From contig NC_042997.1 in NCBI RefSeq assembly GCF_006345805.1, forward strand, positions 148,118,001 to 148,182,000: DNA of 64,000 nt. The letters are read 5' to 3'. The DNA comes from Octopus sinensis (Eukaryota). A program made the position numbers and the translations under genes. The notes under the pieces were generated by a model that worked only from the letters and a program-made list of their open reading frames with translations, ran no database searches and had not been told where the DNA came from. Shown one piece after another: positions 26,686 through 39,579 of the stretch (position 1 is the first letter of the stretch; each line of letters begins with the position of its first letter).

Positions 26686-29600
26686 TGTATGTATATATAT
26701 CCCTCTGTCTGTCTATCTGTCTGTCTGTCATGTATCCAGATATTTTTTGATCTGAAGAAATTAATTCTCTGTGTCTGCTGATATGAGCTTTAGTCAGTAT
26801 TATGTCCAGATTGGGAATGCCAGATAAAAGGATTATCTTTTAATTAATCAATGTCCACCATGGAACTTAGATGTCCGACAACTATATCGTCTATAAGTAC
26901 TCTTAGAAATGTAGAAATGATTAGATATGATTAACATTTATTCAACCTGATGGATAATGATTACTGTGTCGAATTAGTTATGACTGGTCAAAGTTTTGCA
27001 GACAATCCGTTCGACTATCTCTGGTTCAATCTGTCTAGATATAAACTGTTTTTATATTGAAATGAACATACCTAAAAATTTTCGGAGTTAAATATTTCAT
27101 TAATGACTGCTGACTATATACAAGTCTGTATTAAAGCAGTGCTAATCTTCGTTAGATAAGATACACAAAATTACCTTAAACAATCTAAGTTCTTATTGTT
27201 CATGAGTTCGAAATTTACTTTTGAATATTTGTGTAACTGCTTCAAGTCATATTAAATGCACAGAGGCTTAGTTAAGCAAGTAAGAGCCAATTCCTTTAAG
27301 ATAATATTGAAATCAAGATGCACTGAAAATTAGCCAAAATTGAAGCAATTTCGTAAAAGCAGTTCCTTCAACTCATTCTGCAATTGCAGATCCTGTCGCT
27401 AATTATAAGTGTGTTTTATTTTTTAATATGCATGAATATCTCTAGTTACACGATACAGATATATTTTTGATATTCGAAAAAGATTAATGAGATTTTTGAA
27501 ATCGTAAAGTTTACTTGGAAACTCAGGATATGACATTATAATAAATCAAATTGTGTACTTAGGTCAGACTTCATGCCACTGTCTGTGGATTTTATTCTTG
27601 TAATAATGAAATATAGTGTCGGTTCCTTATAGTTCCTACGATACAATAGTGTTCAAACACATTATTTTTGAAACTTCCCTCATCAATAGTTTTCGATATG
27701 CATGTATATCGTTTGGATATATATCGCATACTCTTTTAATAAATTATTAAATGCTTGCTATTGTATGCATACTGAAACAATTTATGGCACAAACACTGTT
27801 AATTAGCCCCTATATAAATTATTATTACTACCGTTAAACCACGATAATTAAACATCAAATATAACTATATAATTCAAAGAATTATGGAATATGTTACATA
27901 TAAGATACAATATGTAAGGAAATGTGAAGTAATAGAATCAGCTGAACCTTACAAATGCGCATGTAATGACTGACTTCAAGGAAAGTAAAATATGTCACCG
28001 ATAGAAAATACCAGTTATCTTAAACTATGAAGCTCAAAAGATTTCAGATATCAACGTCCGCTATATGCGTTTATAATCAACTTCATTACCATCATGGGTG
28101 TTAACTCATTTATTTTACATTTTTTTACATTAGTACTTTGTGTTAGAATAAATAATCAAAGTAGTGTTTTCAAATACATTTCTTTAGTGAAGATGACTTT
28201 CGATCAAAGGGATGATTAAAAGACCAAAAATGCACAATGAACGGGCAAATATGCGTGGAAATTTATTTAAATAACATATGTTCTTAACATACAATCTTTC
28301 ACTGGGTATATTTAGAAAGTAATTGAACAATGTTTACTGAGATGAAAGATAAACTAAAAATATTTAAAGAAGAAATAAAATATACTTAAATATATAAACC
28401 TGAGAGGCGGATCGCTTGATGAAATGATAAGAGATAAAAACACATCTTAGCTACGACGTGATCTCTGAGACATAAAGAGAGGCTGAAAATTATAGAAAGA
28501 AAACGGGCGTTGTTAGCACTTAGATATTTTTAGTTTTTTATTCCCGTCTATTTGTTGTGCTATGCGATAAAATTGGCACATACAAGTACACACATAATAT
28601 GCAAACACACACACACGCACGCATGAACGCAAACACAAATATACACTCATACAGATATATATGTGTTATGCGTATGTATGCATGCATATGTACACATATA
28701 TCATTGTATATAGATACAAATGAACGTAAAGAATATATTAATATGTATTGGCATATGTATATATATATATTTCGACGTGCTTGCATACATACATGCTGAA
28801 TAGATATATACCCATTGTTTCCATCATTACCGATGTGCAACGGTCCTATATATCTCCGTATGAAAACTATACAATAGACTTGGGCTTATATACAATTTAA
28901 AAACAATTGAAAACCATAATTTGAAAATAAAACAGCTTTTATAGCTCCTTTAATGCGGTAATAATATAAGATATAACAATTCGTTTTTACGAGAGATTGA
29001 ATAAAACCCAAAGCACTTTTGATTTAAAATTTATCAACAATAAAAGTAGGGGAGCGTTTAGAAATATACGGTTACTTGCAATGGGTATTAGTACTTGTTT
29101 GTATAGGGTAGATATTCAGTTAGAAACCCATGAATATCCTGTTGGATAAAAAGGACTGTAAGTACACGTCAATCAACTTTTGAGAGATATAATTGTGTTC
29201 TCTTAACATAGAAAACACTGCAGGCGTGCTTTAACTATAGAAAGCTGTTCGTTGATTTTCGTTACACCTAACCACAGAATTTACTGATTTTGAGAAACGC
29301 TGCGTACCTGGTTATAATTCCCTTCAGAGAAAGAAAACTGAATGGTCAAAGATGTTAATTTTTTTTTAACTGAAATCAGAATGACTTTGTTACATATCTT
29401 TCAAAGCAATTCCTGTAAATAGATGGTGCATTTATGTTTGTGTTTGTTTTGGTATAAAGAGAACGCCGTACAAAATCCAGAGCGAGTAAGACCAGATTAA
29501 TCTATAATGACCAATGTACGCATTAATATTTGCATACATGTACAGTTGTGAGAAAGAAATGGAATTTATGAACAACTGTTTTACTTGTTATAAGGATTGG

Positions 29601-32089
29601 ATCTTGCCAGAAAAAAGTCTTCATATTTATTAGCTGGACACAGAAATCTGCTTCCCTTAACGTTATCCCTTCTCCCACAGTGAAACTTGGTGAAGGTTAA
29701 AAAGTGCTAGGTATTGAAAAATTATGTTCTGCAGCAGATCTGCGGACGAAAGGATGTTAAGCATAGAGTATTATGAAGATTTTAAAAATTAGTGGTCGGC
29801 ATTTTCATCTTACAAAAGTCAATGTCCTGCAATACAGTTCCAGTGGCAGTAAGGGTACATATGAGCTCTGTCAGTATTCTGCAGATGAGAGATTCCACGT
29901 ATTTATTATGAACCAAAATTTCTGGCGTCCACTCGAAAGTTCTACGAAAGTAAATGTACTGATAAGTTCTTTCAAGAAAGAAAAGATTCAGAAATTAGCT
30001 TAAATTCAATTTTGAGAGCATTTAATTGTCTTATATTTTAATATATCACTCAGGCAGCATCGACAAATCAACAGTAATTCAAAATAAGTCGCTGTAACCG
30101 TTCATTCGGTGCCTGTGTTTTTGTTTCCTGAATATGATAAAACTTACTGTCGTTGTTTGGTTGCAATGAAATAATATACCGACTCCTGTTTTACTCACTA
30201 TACATATTAACACACATACACACAAAAACACCCGCCATCACACCTGTGTGTATTTGCATTCTTTGTAGTTATACGTGCATATATAAGTGTGTGCATTTGT
30301 GTACTTGGTCCTGTTCTGTTATATGTTTGCGGTCATTTTGTGGCATTTTATTCTCCCGTCTATACTCTTCTTCCCTAGGTAAAATTATATTAATTATCAA
30401 AAAGCAAGTCTTCTAATGCATTCATGCGATAAAGCATATTTGAAAAGAAGTTTTAAAAAGGTGTAGTGCGTATGCTGATGCACTGAACTTCCTCTTTACG
30501 TAAATACACTGCCACTTTCAATCTATTTACAACACCTGATCCAGTTTTGATTACATGTTGCTAAAATTGTATTCATATTTCTTTATCGTTAATTACTAAT
30601 GTTTCTCAAAGCACAACAATTTCGAATTTATTTTTATATTTATTCTAACCTATATATTATTTGAATCATATTTTATTTTGTATGCTGAGGTTGTTAGCTA
30701 TCATTTATAAATGTCAAAGCATTGACCCCCAAAATATGATATTTGAGGAAACGCACGTGGAAATATCGACCCATTTTTAGAAATAAAGTTTCTATTCAAC
30801 CTTTGACATATGTCATTTTTATAGTGTGTTTAAGATTCAATTATTCAAGTTAAAAGAGTTTTGTTTTTCTATTTTAGCAATGGTGGTGTTTCTTTTATGT
30901 ATGCAATATGTGTCATGTTCTTTTTCTTTTTTTTTTTTAGATATTCTTGGACTGATAAAAATAAATGATGGAAGGAGAATTGCATTAAATATTTTTGAAT
31001 GCTTAATGATGATTAAATGATACAATTATACACTATGTTCTCAGATCGTATCTGGCCAATTTTTGAAATATTTTCTTCGAATTTTATGTGCTTTCAAAAT
31101 GAAGTTCATGTTGGAATGAATTCTCAAAATTGGGCGCAAAATTTGATAACCAGATGCATGAATGCAGAAGTGTTATTGTGGAATTTTGTGTAACACAATT
31201 GTTGGAAAGGAATGCATTGTGATCAGATTATATAGTAAGAAAATCACTACGCTTGGAATATACACAAAGTCGTTGGGTATTTCAGAGCCAAATGATAAAA
31301 TAGTTGTTCACCGGGACATTGGCTTAAACAACACCAGTTACCTGGGACGCAGAGAAAAATTTCAAGAATGTGTGAAGGCATATGTGAACACGCTGCACCA
31401 GTCATGCAGGTCGCATTTTAATAGATTTCATTTAATTGATTTTGTGGACACGGATTGTTAAAAGGTTCCGAAACTACGTGTTACTACCTACAAATAATTC
31501 TAGTTTATAATCTGAGCGTTCAACAAAGATGGGTATCTAGAAAACAACACTCAGATACTGATAAAATGAATAAAGATGACCAGCATTTGGAAAATGCAAC
31601 AGTTGGGGTAAAAAGTAAATTAGTCTCCAAGCAAATTAAGGTAAAGTAAATGGAAATTAAATTAATCTCAGAACAAATTACATCGTTTCTCTAAGTATAT
31701 ATTGTCATCAAAATACACATATAAAGCTTTTGATTAAAGAATAATTGTATTTCATTTGAGTCTGAAAAACCTTTATGATTAATGTCAAACATCTTACATG
31801 AGTTTTGAAGGACCTGTTTTCTATAGCACGAAATGTGTTGCTCTGGTTCTATATACACTTGTTTCCTCGCGAACATTAATTCCTCCTATTCAGCTACTAT
31901 TGAGAGATAGTCTATAATACTTTACACTTGTATTCTTGAGTTTTAATTGTATACAATCGTTCAATGACTCGAAAATAGAACCAACACATTCTAATCTCAC
32001 ACTTTTTGCTTTGTCACGGGTAAATTTATTTCTTTATTACTCACAGGGGTCTAAACATAAAGGGGACAAAGAAGGTCAGACAAAGGATC

Positions 32090-32241
32090 AAGTAGATCAC
32101 ATCGACTCCAGTGCGTAACCGGTATTTTAAAAAATTGACCCCGAAAGGATGAAAGGCAAAGTCGATCTCAGCTTAATTTGAACTCAGAACATAACGGTAG
32201 ACGAAATACCGCTAAGCATTACGCCAGGTATGTTAACGTTT
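32090..32241 (-). mobile_element. SINE family A
   Basis: CCCCGAAAGGATGAAAGGCAAAGTCGA...TTTGAACTCAGAAC...GAAATACCGCTAAGCATT (reverse of family A). Confidence 0.75.
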
Positions 32242-33994
32242 GTGCCAGCTTGCTACCTTGTCACTGACAAATTTGCGATATAAATGTGGCCCATAATTCC
32301 TACTAAATTAGAAACTTTTGTCTTCTTAACGTCATGTGAAGCAACACTGAATACTAATATATTCTCTTTCAGCAGCAGACAGTATACACAAGCGAGTTTC
32401 AAGAGTAAACGTCTTGTATGGTTTCCGCTTGCTTAGTTGAATGACATCTTGTGAAAATCAGTACTTTTAGCTTGGGGACCTCTATCGGATCTAAAGAATC
32501 AAATTCGTGTTCTATAAGTCAACACACTTCTGAATGTATTAAATTATGAAATAAATTCAGGTTTAGAGCAAATCAATCTAAGTTCAAAGAATTCAAAGCA
32601 GGTATCTATAGTTTTTTTCCTTCTAAATATCTAATTTGTTTTCTCTGAGATTATTTTATTTTATTTCAAGTTTTCTTCTATTGTTTTAAGATTACTTTAG
32701 TTTACTTGGAATTTCTCCGTCATTTTGCTCACGACAACATACTAAAGATTAAAATTCTCCTTGATGACTAGAAAAATATTCCCTCCTGCTCAACTGTAAT
32801 TTCAGGACCTCAACTAAACTGAGGTAACTTCTACTTTAATGAATTATTATTCCTTTACCCTGTAAAATGTTGTCGACAGAAATTCCAATATTGTACAGAT
32901 TTCCAGAATAAATTCTCAAAGATATACTCGGAACTACTCTTCAGTCTCTATTCCAGAGAAATGCTTCTCACTTATTTGTTGAATTTGTTTTACAATTTCC
33001 ATTCCTATGAACTGTGAGACCACATAATATTTCCAGCCATTTCCTTTTACTACTAACTTCGAAATTACTCATCGTCTGAAATATACCATTCAAAAAGACA
33101 TGCCTTGATCCTAGTTTGTCATCAGTTGAAAGTACAGAGATTGAGAAAACAAATGCGTGTGTGATGTAATGTATGTCCTACGTATGTGTCCAAGTAATCA
33201 TTGTACCACTGCAGATAGACCGACTGCGAAAATAATCATATATAGGTGTTTATGCTTGTTGGTTTGTGTGTATTATTGATGCAGATGCACGTGTGTACTA
33301 GTATAAGAGGTGATGCATATTTATTAGAGTGTTTGAGTGTTTGCGAAACTGGTGGTTAGTCTTGTATGTGTGATCTAATAACTTTATAAGGCGGTTTGAA
33401 TAAATATCATTAGTTCTATGACGTTCAATTGTCTGCGATGTTTGTGCAGACAAACTGTGTAAAGTGAATAAGGTCGAATGTGCATTTCTGTTAACGTAAG
33501 GTGATATTATCTATTACTATCAGATTTGTCTATACGAGTGTATGAGGCACGAGTAAACGTATATGAAGGTACTAGTTATGGATACGTCTTTCAATGATTG
33601 TTCGAGAGTCTGTTTGTGTATGGTCAGTCTATACCTATATTTAGAGATGTATAGGTCAAGAAGTGCATGTGTCTCCGAGATACATGTGAATGTTGTGGTG
33701 TGTTTTATGGGAATATGCAGTATGTTTAGTTTGAGTCTACGTGTCTGTATCCATTCATAAGAGCGTTTGAAACGGAAGATGAATAACTTTTGTATTCATT
33801 GCGATTCTGAGAAATGAGCAATCTATGGAGTAAAATAACACTGGACACTAAGGTGTAGAAAATAAATGTGTGTTTGTGAGTAGAATTAACAAGAGTCAAG
33901 TTATGTGACATTCGTCAAGCGGTCGCCTCGTAGATGGTCGGTGGTAGAAGCTATTAAATAGATAGATAGATGTATATATAAATGAATACATACA

Positions 33995-34180
33995 TATATA
34001 CATACATGAGAAATTAGGCTTCTCAAAACCAGAAAGGAGAAAACAACTTGGAAGACTATAGATCCAATCCATCACTGGAACTGCAAAATTTTGTAAAACG
34101 TCCCAGATTATCATTTACATATATATGAGAATGTCTAGATAAGGAACTATATGAATGAGAATACATAACTAAAACATGAA
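33995..34180 (+). repeat. About 170-bp dispersed repeat (copy 1 of 3)
   Basis: GAGAAATTAGGCTTCTCAAAACCAGAAAG...TGTCTAGAT; also at 34820-34990 (+) and 55665-55815 (-). Confidence 0.7.
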
Positions 34181-34339
34181 AACCGGCACATACATACATA
34201 CATGGTGGCTGCCCCCACGTTATCGAATACGGCCATTGCACGAAGCTTAATCAATGTTGTTATCATGCAATGCCTGTGCAAGAAGATTTTTTTAAAGTGA
34301 GGAAAGGCTGTGCACTGAGTCAATCCCACTCACTAAGCA

Positions 34340-34760
34340 ACAACAGCTATAATCCGAAAAGAAGAACAAGTGAACATCATCGGTAACCACTGAGCCGCAG
34401 GTTTTATATCGGAGTTACCCCAGTTACCTGAGTTACCTTCTCCTAGAAGGATGCCCTAACAAAGGCTAGGAGTGCTTCACTCCCAATGGCTTAACTGCGC
34501 GATCAGGTATTCAGTCCGATTATCTCTATGTCCCCGCGCATGATACAGCCTTAAGACATTTATTGGATGGCCGTTGACACTCAAGAGTTCCTCCGCCCTT
34601 TGACGGGTTTTGTTTTTCATCTCGCAGGGTGTCCAATAAACACCCTCCTCACCAAGCAAGCTTGGTGGGGTTGCCGGCGCAGTCGTCGACGACCCGACCA
34701 TGCAACAGGTTGTACTGGGTTACATGTTACCAGTGGTACTCAAAAGTGACCTGACACAAA
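34340..34760 (-). mobile_element. GC-rich structured island, probably the 5'UTR of an RTE-type LINE without its ORF
   Basis: Minus strand contains GGGCATCCTTCTAGGAGAAGGTAACTC, resembling the recalled RTE 5'UTR motif GGGCAACCAGTCTAGGAGAAGGAAAACTC; several hairpins (CACCAAGC/GCTTGGTG, GGAGTG/CACTCC). Confidence 0.45.
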
Positions 34761-36232
34761 CATACATATAAACATACATATATACATACATACATACATA
34801 CATACATACATACAATTAATCTTGAGAATTTAGGCTTCTCAAAATCAGAAAGAAGAAAGCTAATTCAAAGAATACAAATCCAATTCATCAATGGAACTCT
34901 AAAAGTCTAAAAATTTCCAGAAGTTTATCATTTAAAATACAAATGAGCATGTCTAGATATGCAACTATATGCATGAGAATACAGACAACAAAAAAAACAT
35001 ACAAATCTGCACTCACATACATATATACATGCATACACACACACATACATACATACAAACAAAAATACCCTGTTGTTGATGTTGAAATTCCAATGTGTCT
35101 AGGTTAGAAACTGGCTCTTTCTTTATTTGCAAGATATCCCGAACTAAAACTGAACATACATGCATACAAACATATATACATAACAAGAGAGAAAGCATGC
35201 ATATATGTATACAGGCAATTATGCATCATACCTACGAAGAAACAGATAACCACATGCAAAAATAAAAATGCATACAAATATGAATTCGCATGTTTCCGAA
35301 AGGCATTATACTGCAAACTGGAAACGAATGCAAATTTAAACAACGATTAAGACGTTTAGCGTATATTTAATTATATCGGCTTCGCAAAAGCCTTCCTTCC
35401 ATAGAATACATGGAGAATGAGATTAGTTCTAATTTAAAAAAAAGAGAAGATCTGAAGGGATGAACGAAGCATTGAAATGTGCTCCGATTAGCGGAGTTAC
35501 ATACGTCAATTAGCGTCTCTCTTCTCCGGAAGGATTTAATTAATTAGAAAAGATAACCGATTTAATCCTCAAATTTTAGTTGTCGGAATAAGCTGCTCGC
35601 TACCTTTGATGATGACCATAATTTACTACTTAAAATTTACACCAAATATCATTTAACTGAAATATTTCTATCAATGCATTCTTTATCGTGGACGTGCATA
35701 TCCACATGTCCTCATATCAACAAAGTAATGCAGATGACTAGTTATATATTGTTGGCATGTGTTAGATGTTTCCCAAGCTTCATCAGAGAAGATGTGAGTG
35801 CTCTGGCCGTAATGTGAATCTCTCCATACATATAAGCTGGAGGTTTCCAACGGTGATTATATGATGAAGTTAAGGCAGGAAGCTTTAAAAGGCATCAACC
35901 ATCGCAGGATTCGTTATCAACTTTTGGGTCTGCATTACAGTTCATTCTACAAGCGGTACACACTAAATTACATCACTCTGGCCGATCTAGTGCCATTTTG
36001 TGGTAATTTTAGCTCAATCAATGGACATGAACTTAAATGATTTTTTTGATAAATACGAATGAAAAGTAAATTTTGTCGGTAAGACCGTATTTCAAAAGTA
36101 AGCTTGATATTCATTTGTGTGAGACAATTGCATGCAAGTGGACTTATTGAAGACACAAACAACATAGTACATATATTCTGGCACACATGTATATTTAAGC
36201 ATATATTTGTGTATATATGTGTGTATACACAC

Positions 36233-36272
<40 letters not shown>

Positions 36273-36439
36273 GTATACATACTGAAAAGTGTTTGTGTGT
36301 TACGGATTTGATGTTGAAGAACGGAAAAATCTGCTTTCATGTATAGGTATCTCACATATCTCAGCAAAAATCTGGAAGATGAACAATGTATCATTTCTCA
36401 TTAAGTAATACCGGATGACAATGTTGGTATCAAATTTTG

Positions 36440-36610
36440 GCAGAAGGCCAGCTATTCCGGAGGGGGGCGTCGTCGAGTCGATTTCCCTGAGCTGACTGTT
36501 CAACTTCTATTATTTTTATCAAACCCAAAAATGCGAAAGGTAAACTTAAAGACTGTCGAAATACCGCTAATCATTTAGTCCATCATGACACCGATTCTGC
36601 TAAACGGACA
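36440..36610 (-). mobile_element. Degenerate SINE family A
   Basis: GTCGAGTCGATTTCCC...GAAAGGTAAAC...GAAATACCGCTAATCATT. Confidence 0.5.
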
Positions 36611-36892
36611 ACAATTTTTTTATTTTTAAATATAGCAGCTCTTGATCTCTTGATTGCTACATAAAATCACATCTTGTAGACTATAATTCAGCAATCCGAG
36701 AACATGGGGTAATATATATATTATAAAAAAAAAGCGGGGCTGGTGAATCAATTATAAAATCAAAGATGCAACTGAAATTGTGAATTACGTTTGTCTTCTG
36801 TGGAGGACATAACACATATAATCAGCAGTGCTCCACAAATGTCGTCGAGATAGTAACTCCCAATTCGCTATCATGTTCTTGCTAAATCAATA

Positions 36893-37268
36893 TCTCTCTC
36901 ATATAAACGGCAGTTTGTCTGTGCGTGTTCTGTGTGTCTGTTTGCTTGTACCCTCACCCTGACCACGGCTTTCAACCGATTCTGATGAAATGACACACAC
37001 ATAGCTAAATGTCATAATTCAAAACTAACGCAGCAAAAATTTTGAAAAGTTCCCCCAGTTCTGAAAAAAATCGATAAATTCGACATGGGGTCGAGAATCA
37101 GAACACAAACCACAAACTGTCTAGGGGACGCAACTCCACCTTTTTAACTCTCAAAAAAAATTTACCATCATTTTTTTCCATTTTTTGGCTATTTTTGGCT
37201 ATAACTCTCTAAAATGCTTTATACTTATTTCCCTTACAAACCTGAGCAACGCCGGGCGATACTGCTAG
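36893..37268 (+). mobile_element. Non-autonomous Helitron-like element
   Basis: 5' TC...TATAAACGGCAGTTTGTCTGTG; 3' GC-rich hairpin CCTGAGCAACGCCGGG then CTAG (37265-37268); flanked by A and T; 3' end shared with 50759. Confidence 0.65.
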
Positions 37269-37646
37269 TATAATATAATAGCTGAAAAGTACTGCTTTGG
37301 GATAAATAAGCAACACGGCTAATATGGACAAAATTAGCGAGAGAGATAATATCCATTGACAACTGCTTTAAATGTTGCGAATCCTCTCCTCTGATTATTA
37401 ATTTACAATGCTAATATGCTAATAAACACTTAAGCCACTATCAAAGAAATTGACTGGTTGCCTTGTATTCTCCAGACTACCTGTAAGGTGAAATGCGAAA
37501 ATGTGCGAGAATTTCAATATATAACAATTATATAGAATTATATAGAAACTAGATTCCTCCTTCCACAAAGAATAATAAATACAAAGCAAAAGATACACAT
37601 AGACACACAAAAGCATGCATATGCACTCTCTCTCTCTCTTTCTCTC

Positions 37647-37692
<46 letters not shown>

Positions 37693-37718
37693 TGCATGTG
37701 TGTGTGTGCGTATATATG

Positions 37719-37805
<87 letters not shown>

Positions 37806-38212
37806 CTATAAAAGGGACGTGCCGCCTAGGTAGATAAGGTAGGCTGTACCTACCTTGAAAAAAGTAGATCGATAGCAACATTTTAATCTCATGGCAAAAT
37901 ATGCGCCTAATTCAATAAAATTAAGATGGTTAGTCTGACTACTATGCATAAAATGTAAAATGTTTTACTTTTTTGTAGATTAGGTAGGTACAATTCGCCC
38001 CTGTTTTTCAAACTCAGTATTTAAGATACGCATTGTACTACTGTAATACAGGTGCTGCGTACATTTCTACAACACTGTTTTCTTTACGTGCTATAAAGGC
38101 AGAAATATATCTGCCTTCAAATCAGTCGCGCGCCTGTGTTTCGATTATTTAATGTGTGTTTTACTACATAAAGCTCGCCAACCGCCTATCCTGAGTAATT
38201 ACTGACGGATCG

Positions 38213-38258
<46 letters not shown>

Positions 38259-38897
38259 TTATATATATTTCTCTTCCTCTCTGTATTTTTGTAACTCACT
38301 GCGTACACACACACACTTACGCACGCAACCACACATGCACGGAGGCGCATACACACACGCACACACATGTATGTAGTGTCTGTGTCTTTTTGTGTGCTTA
38401 TTAGCATAATTTTGCACACACGAGGGCGTGAGGAATGTAATAAATGGGCGTAGTGTGATTAATTTAGTAAAAACTTTGATTTGTTTCCTGATTAGGTAGG
38501 AATATGTTAATGATTGTTTTGTTATAATCTCAGCTTATATTGAAATGATGATTAAATATTATTTTGTAATTATGTATTATCTATACAATTATTCAGCCAA
38601 TTTTTCTATTACACTTAAAACTTACATTCTTTTCTTTTAAATTACCGCATCTTCCAATTAAAGTTCAATTTTTTTTCTGCTCGACAAGATTTATTCTCTT
38701 GTTTATTGGAATACAGTGTTGTGCATTTCACATCACACGGAGGATCACAGCTGTATTCTTAATTATATATTTAATTTATGGATTTTCACAGCAAAATGAA
38801 TCCACACTCATTACCCCACATTTCCATATCAGTGTGTTTAGATAAGCATGCATAAGTGTATTCATGTATGTACATATAATTGTTATATGCATGCATA

Positions 38898-38960
<63 letters not shown>

Positions 38961-39516
38961 TTACTATGTGTGTAAGTATTACGCAATTTTATTCAAGTTT
39001 CCTTCGTTATTTCGAAACCAATTTTGTTCGATATCTTAATTATTTCAAGAAGGATTTGGTTCGTCAAAGTTTCATTAATTTTCAGAATTTTGTTGCTTTA
39101 TGCAAAATATTTATTTAATATTAGCTGAAAGGAAAAGACCTCTTTTTATCTACATTTTGCAAAGTGATTATGTACGCAGAATAGCTATTTTTTGTTCCAT
39201 TTTTAATTAATCTTATACTTTTCCTTTTCCTTGTAGGCGTAGGACATTGGGAAAAATATTTCATGAATTGAATCTACCTACTTATTTCCATTTTTTGTCA
39301 CAATTATTAATATATTTTGAAAATACATGAAATATTACAATACCCTCAGTTTTGAAATTAAGAGAGATGCATAATATTTTGCTGAAACCACATTAGAATA
39401 AATTTGAAACCGTCGTTTTTTAATTCATCACATCACACGGATGTATGAGATGTATATGACTTTCGTACAATAGCAAGCAAATATATATATATATACCATA
39501 TATATATATATATCTA

Positions 39517-39579
<63 letters not shown>

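Noticed and set aside
26740-27420. Short LRR-like peptides on the minus strand (ELKELLLRNC, LKELALTCL)
   Set aside because: Interrupted by many stops with no periodicity; needs a translated search.
29800-31460. 60-100 codon open stretches in unique sequence
   Set aside because: No motif recognised and lengths within chance expectation; exons cannot be excluded without RNA-seq.
34540-34750. HDV-like ribozyme fold
   Set aside because: Could not assign P1/P3/L3/P1.1 in the required order on either strand.
35745-35800. Minus-strand CTGATGA-AGCTTGG-GAAAC
   Set aside because: No stem II, no NUH after stem III and no stem I pairing; probably chance or a transposase (FSDEAW-like) remnant.
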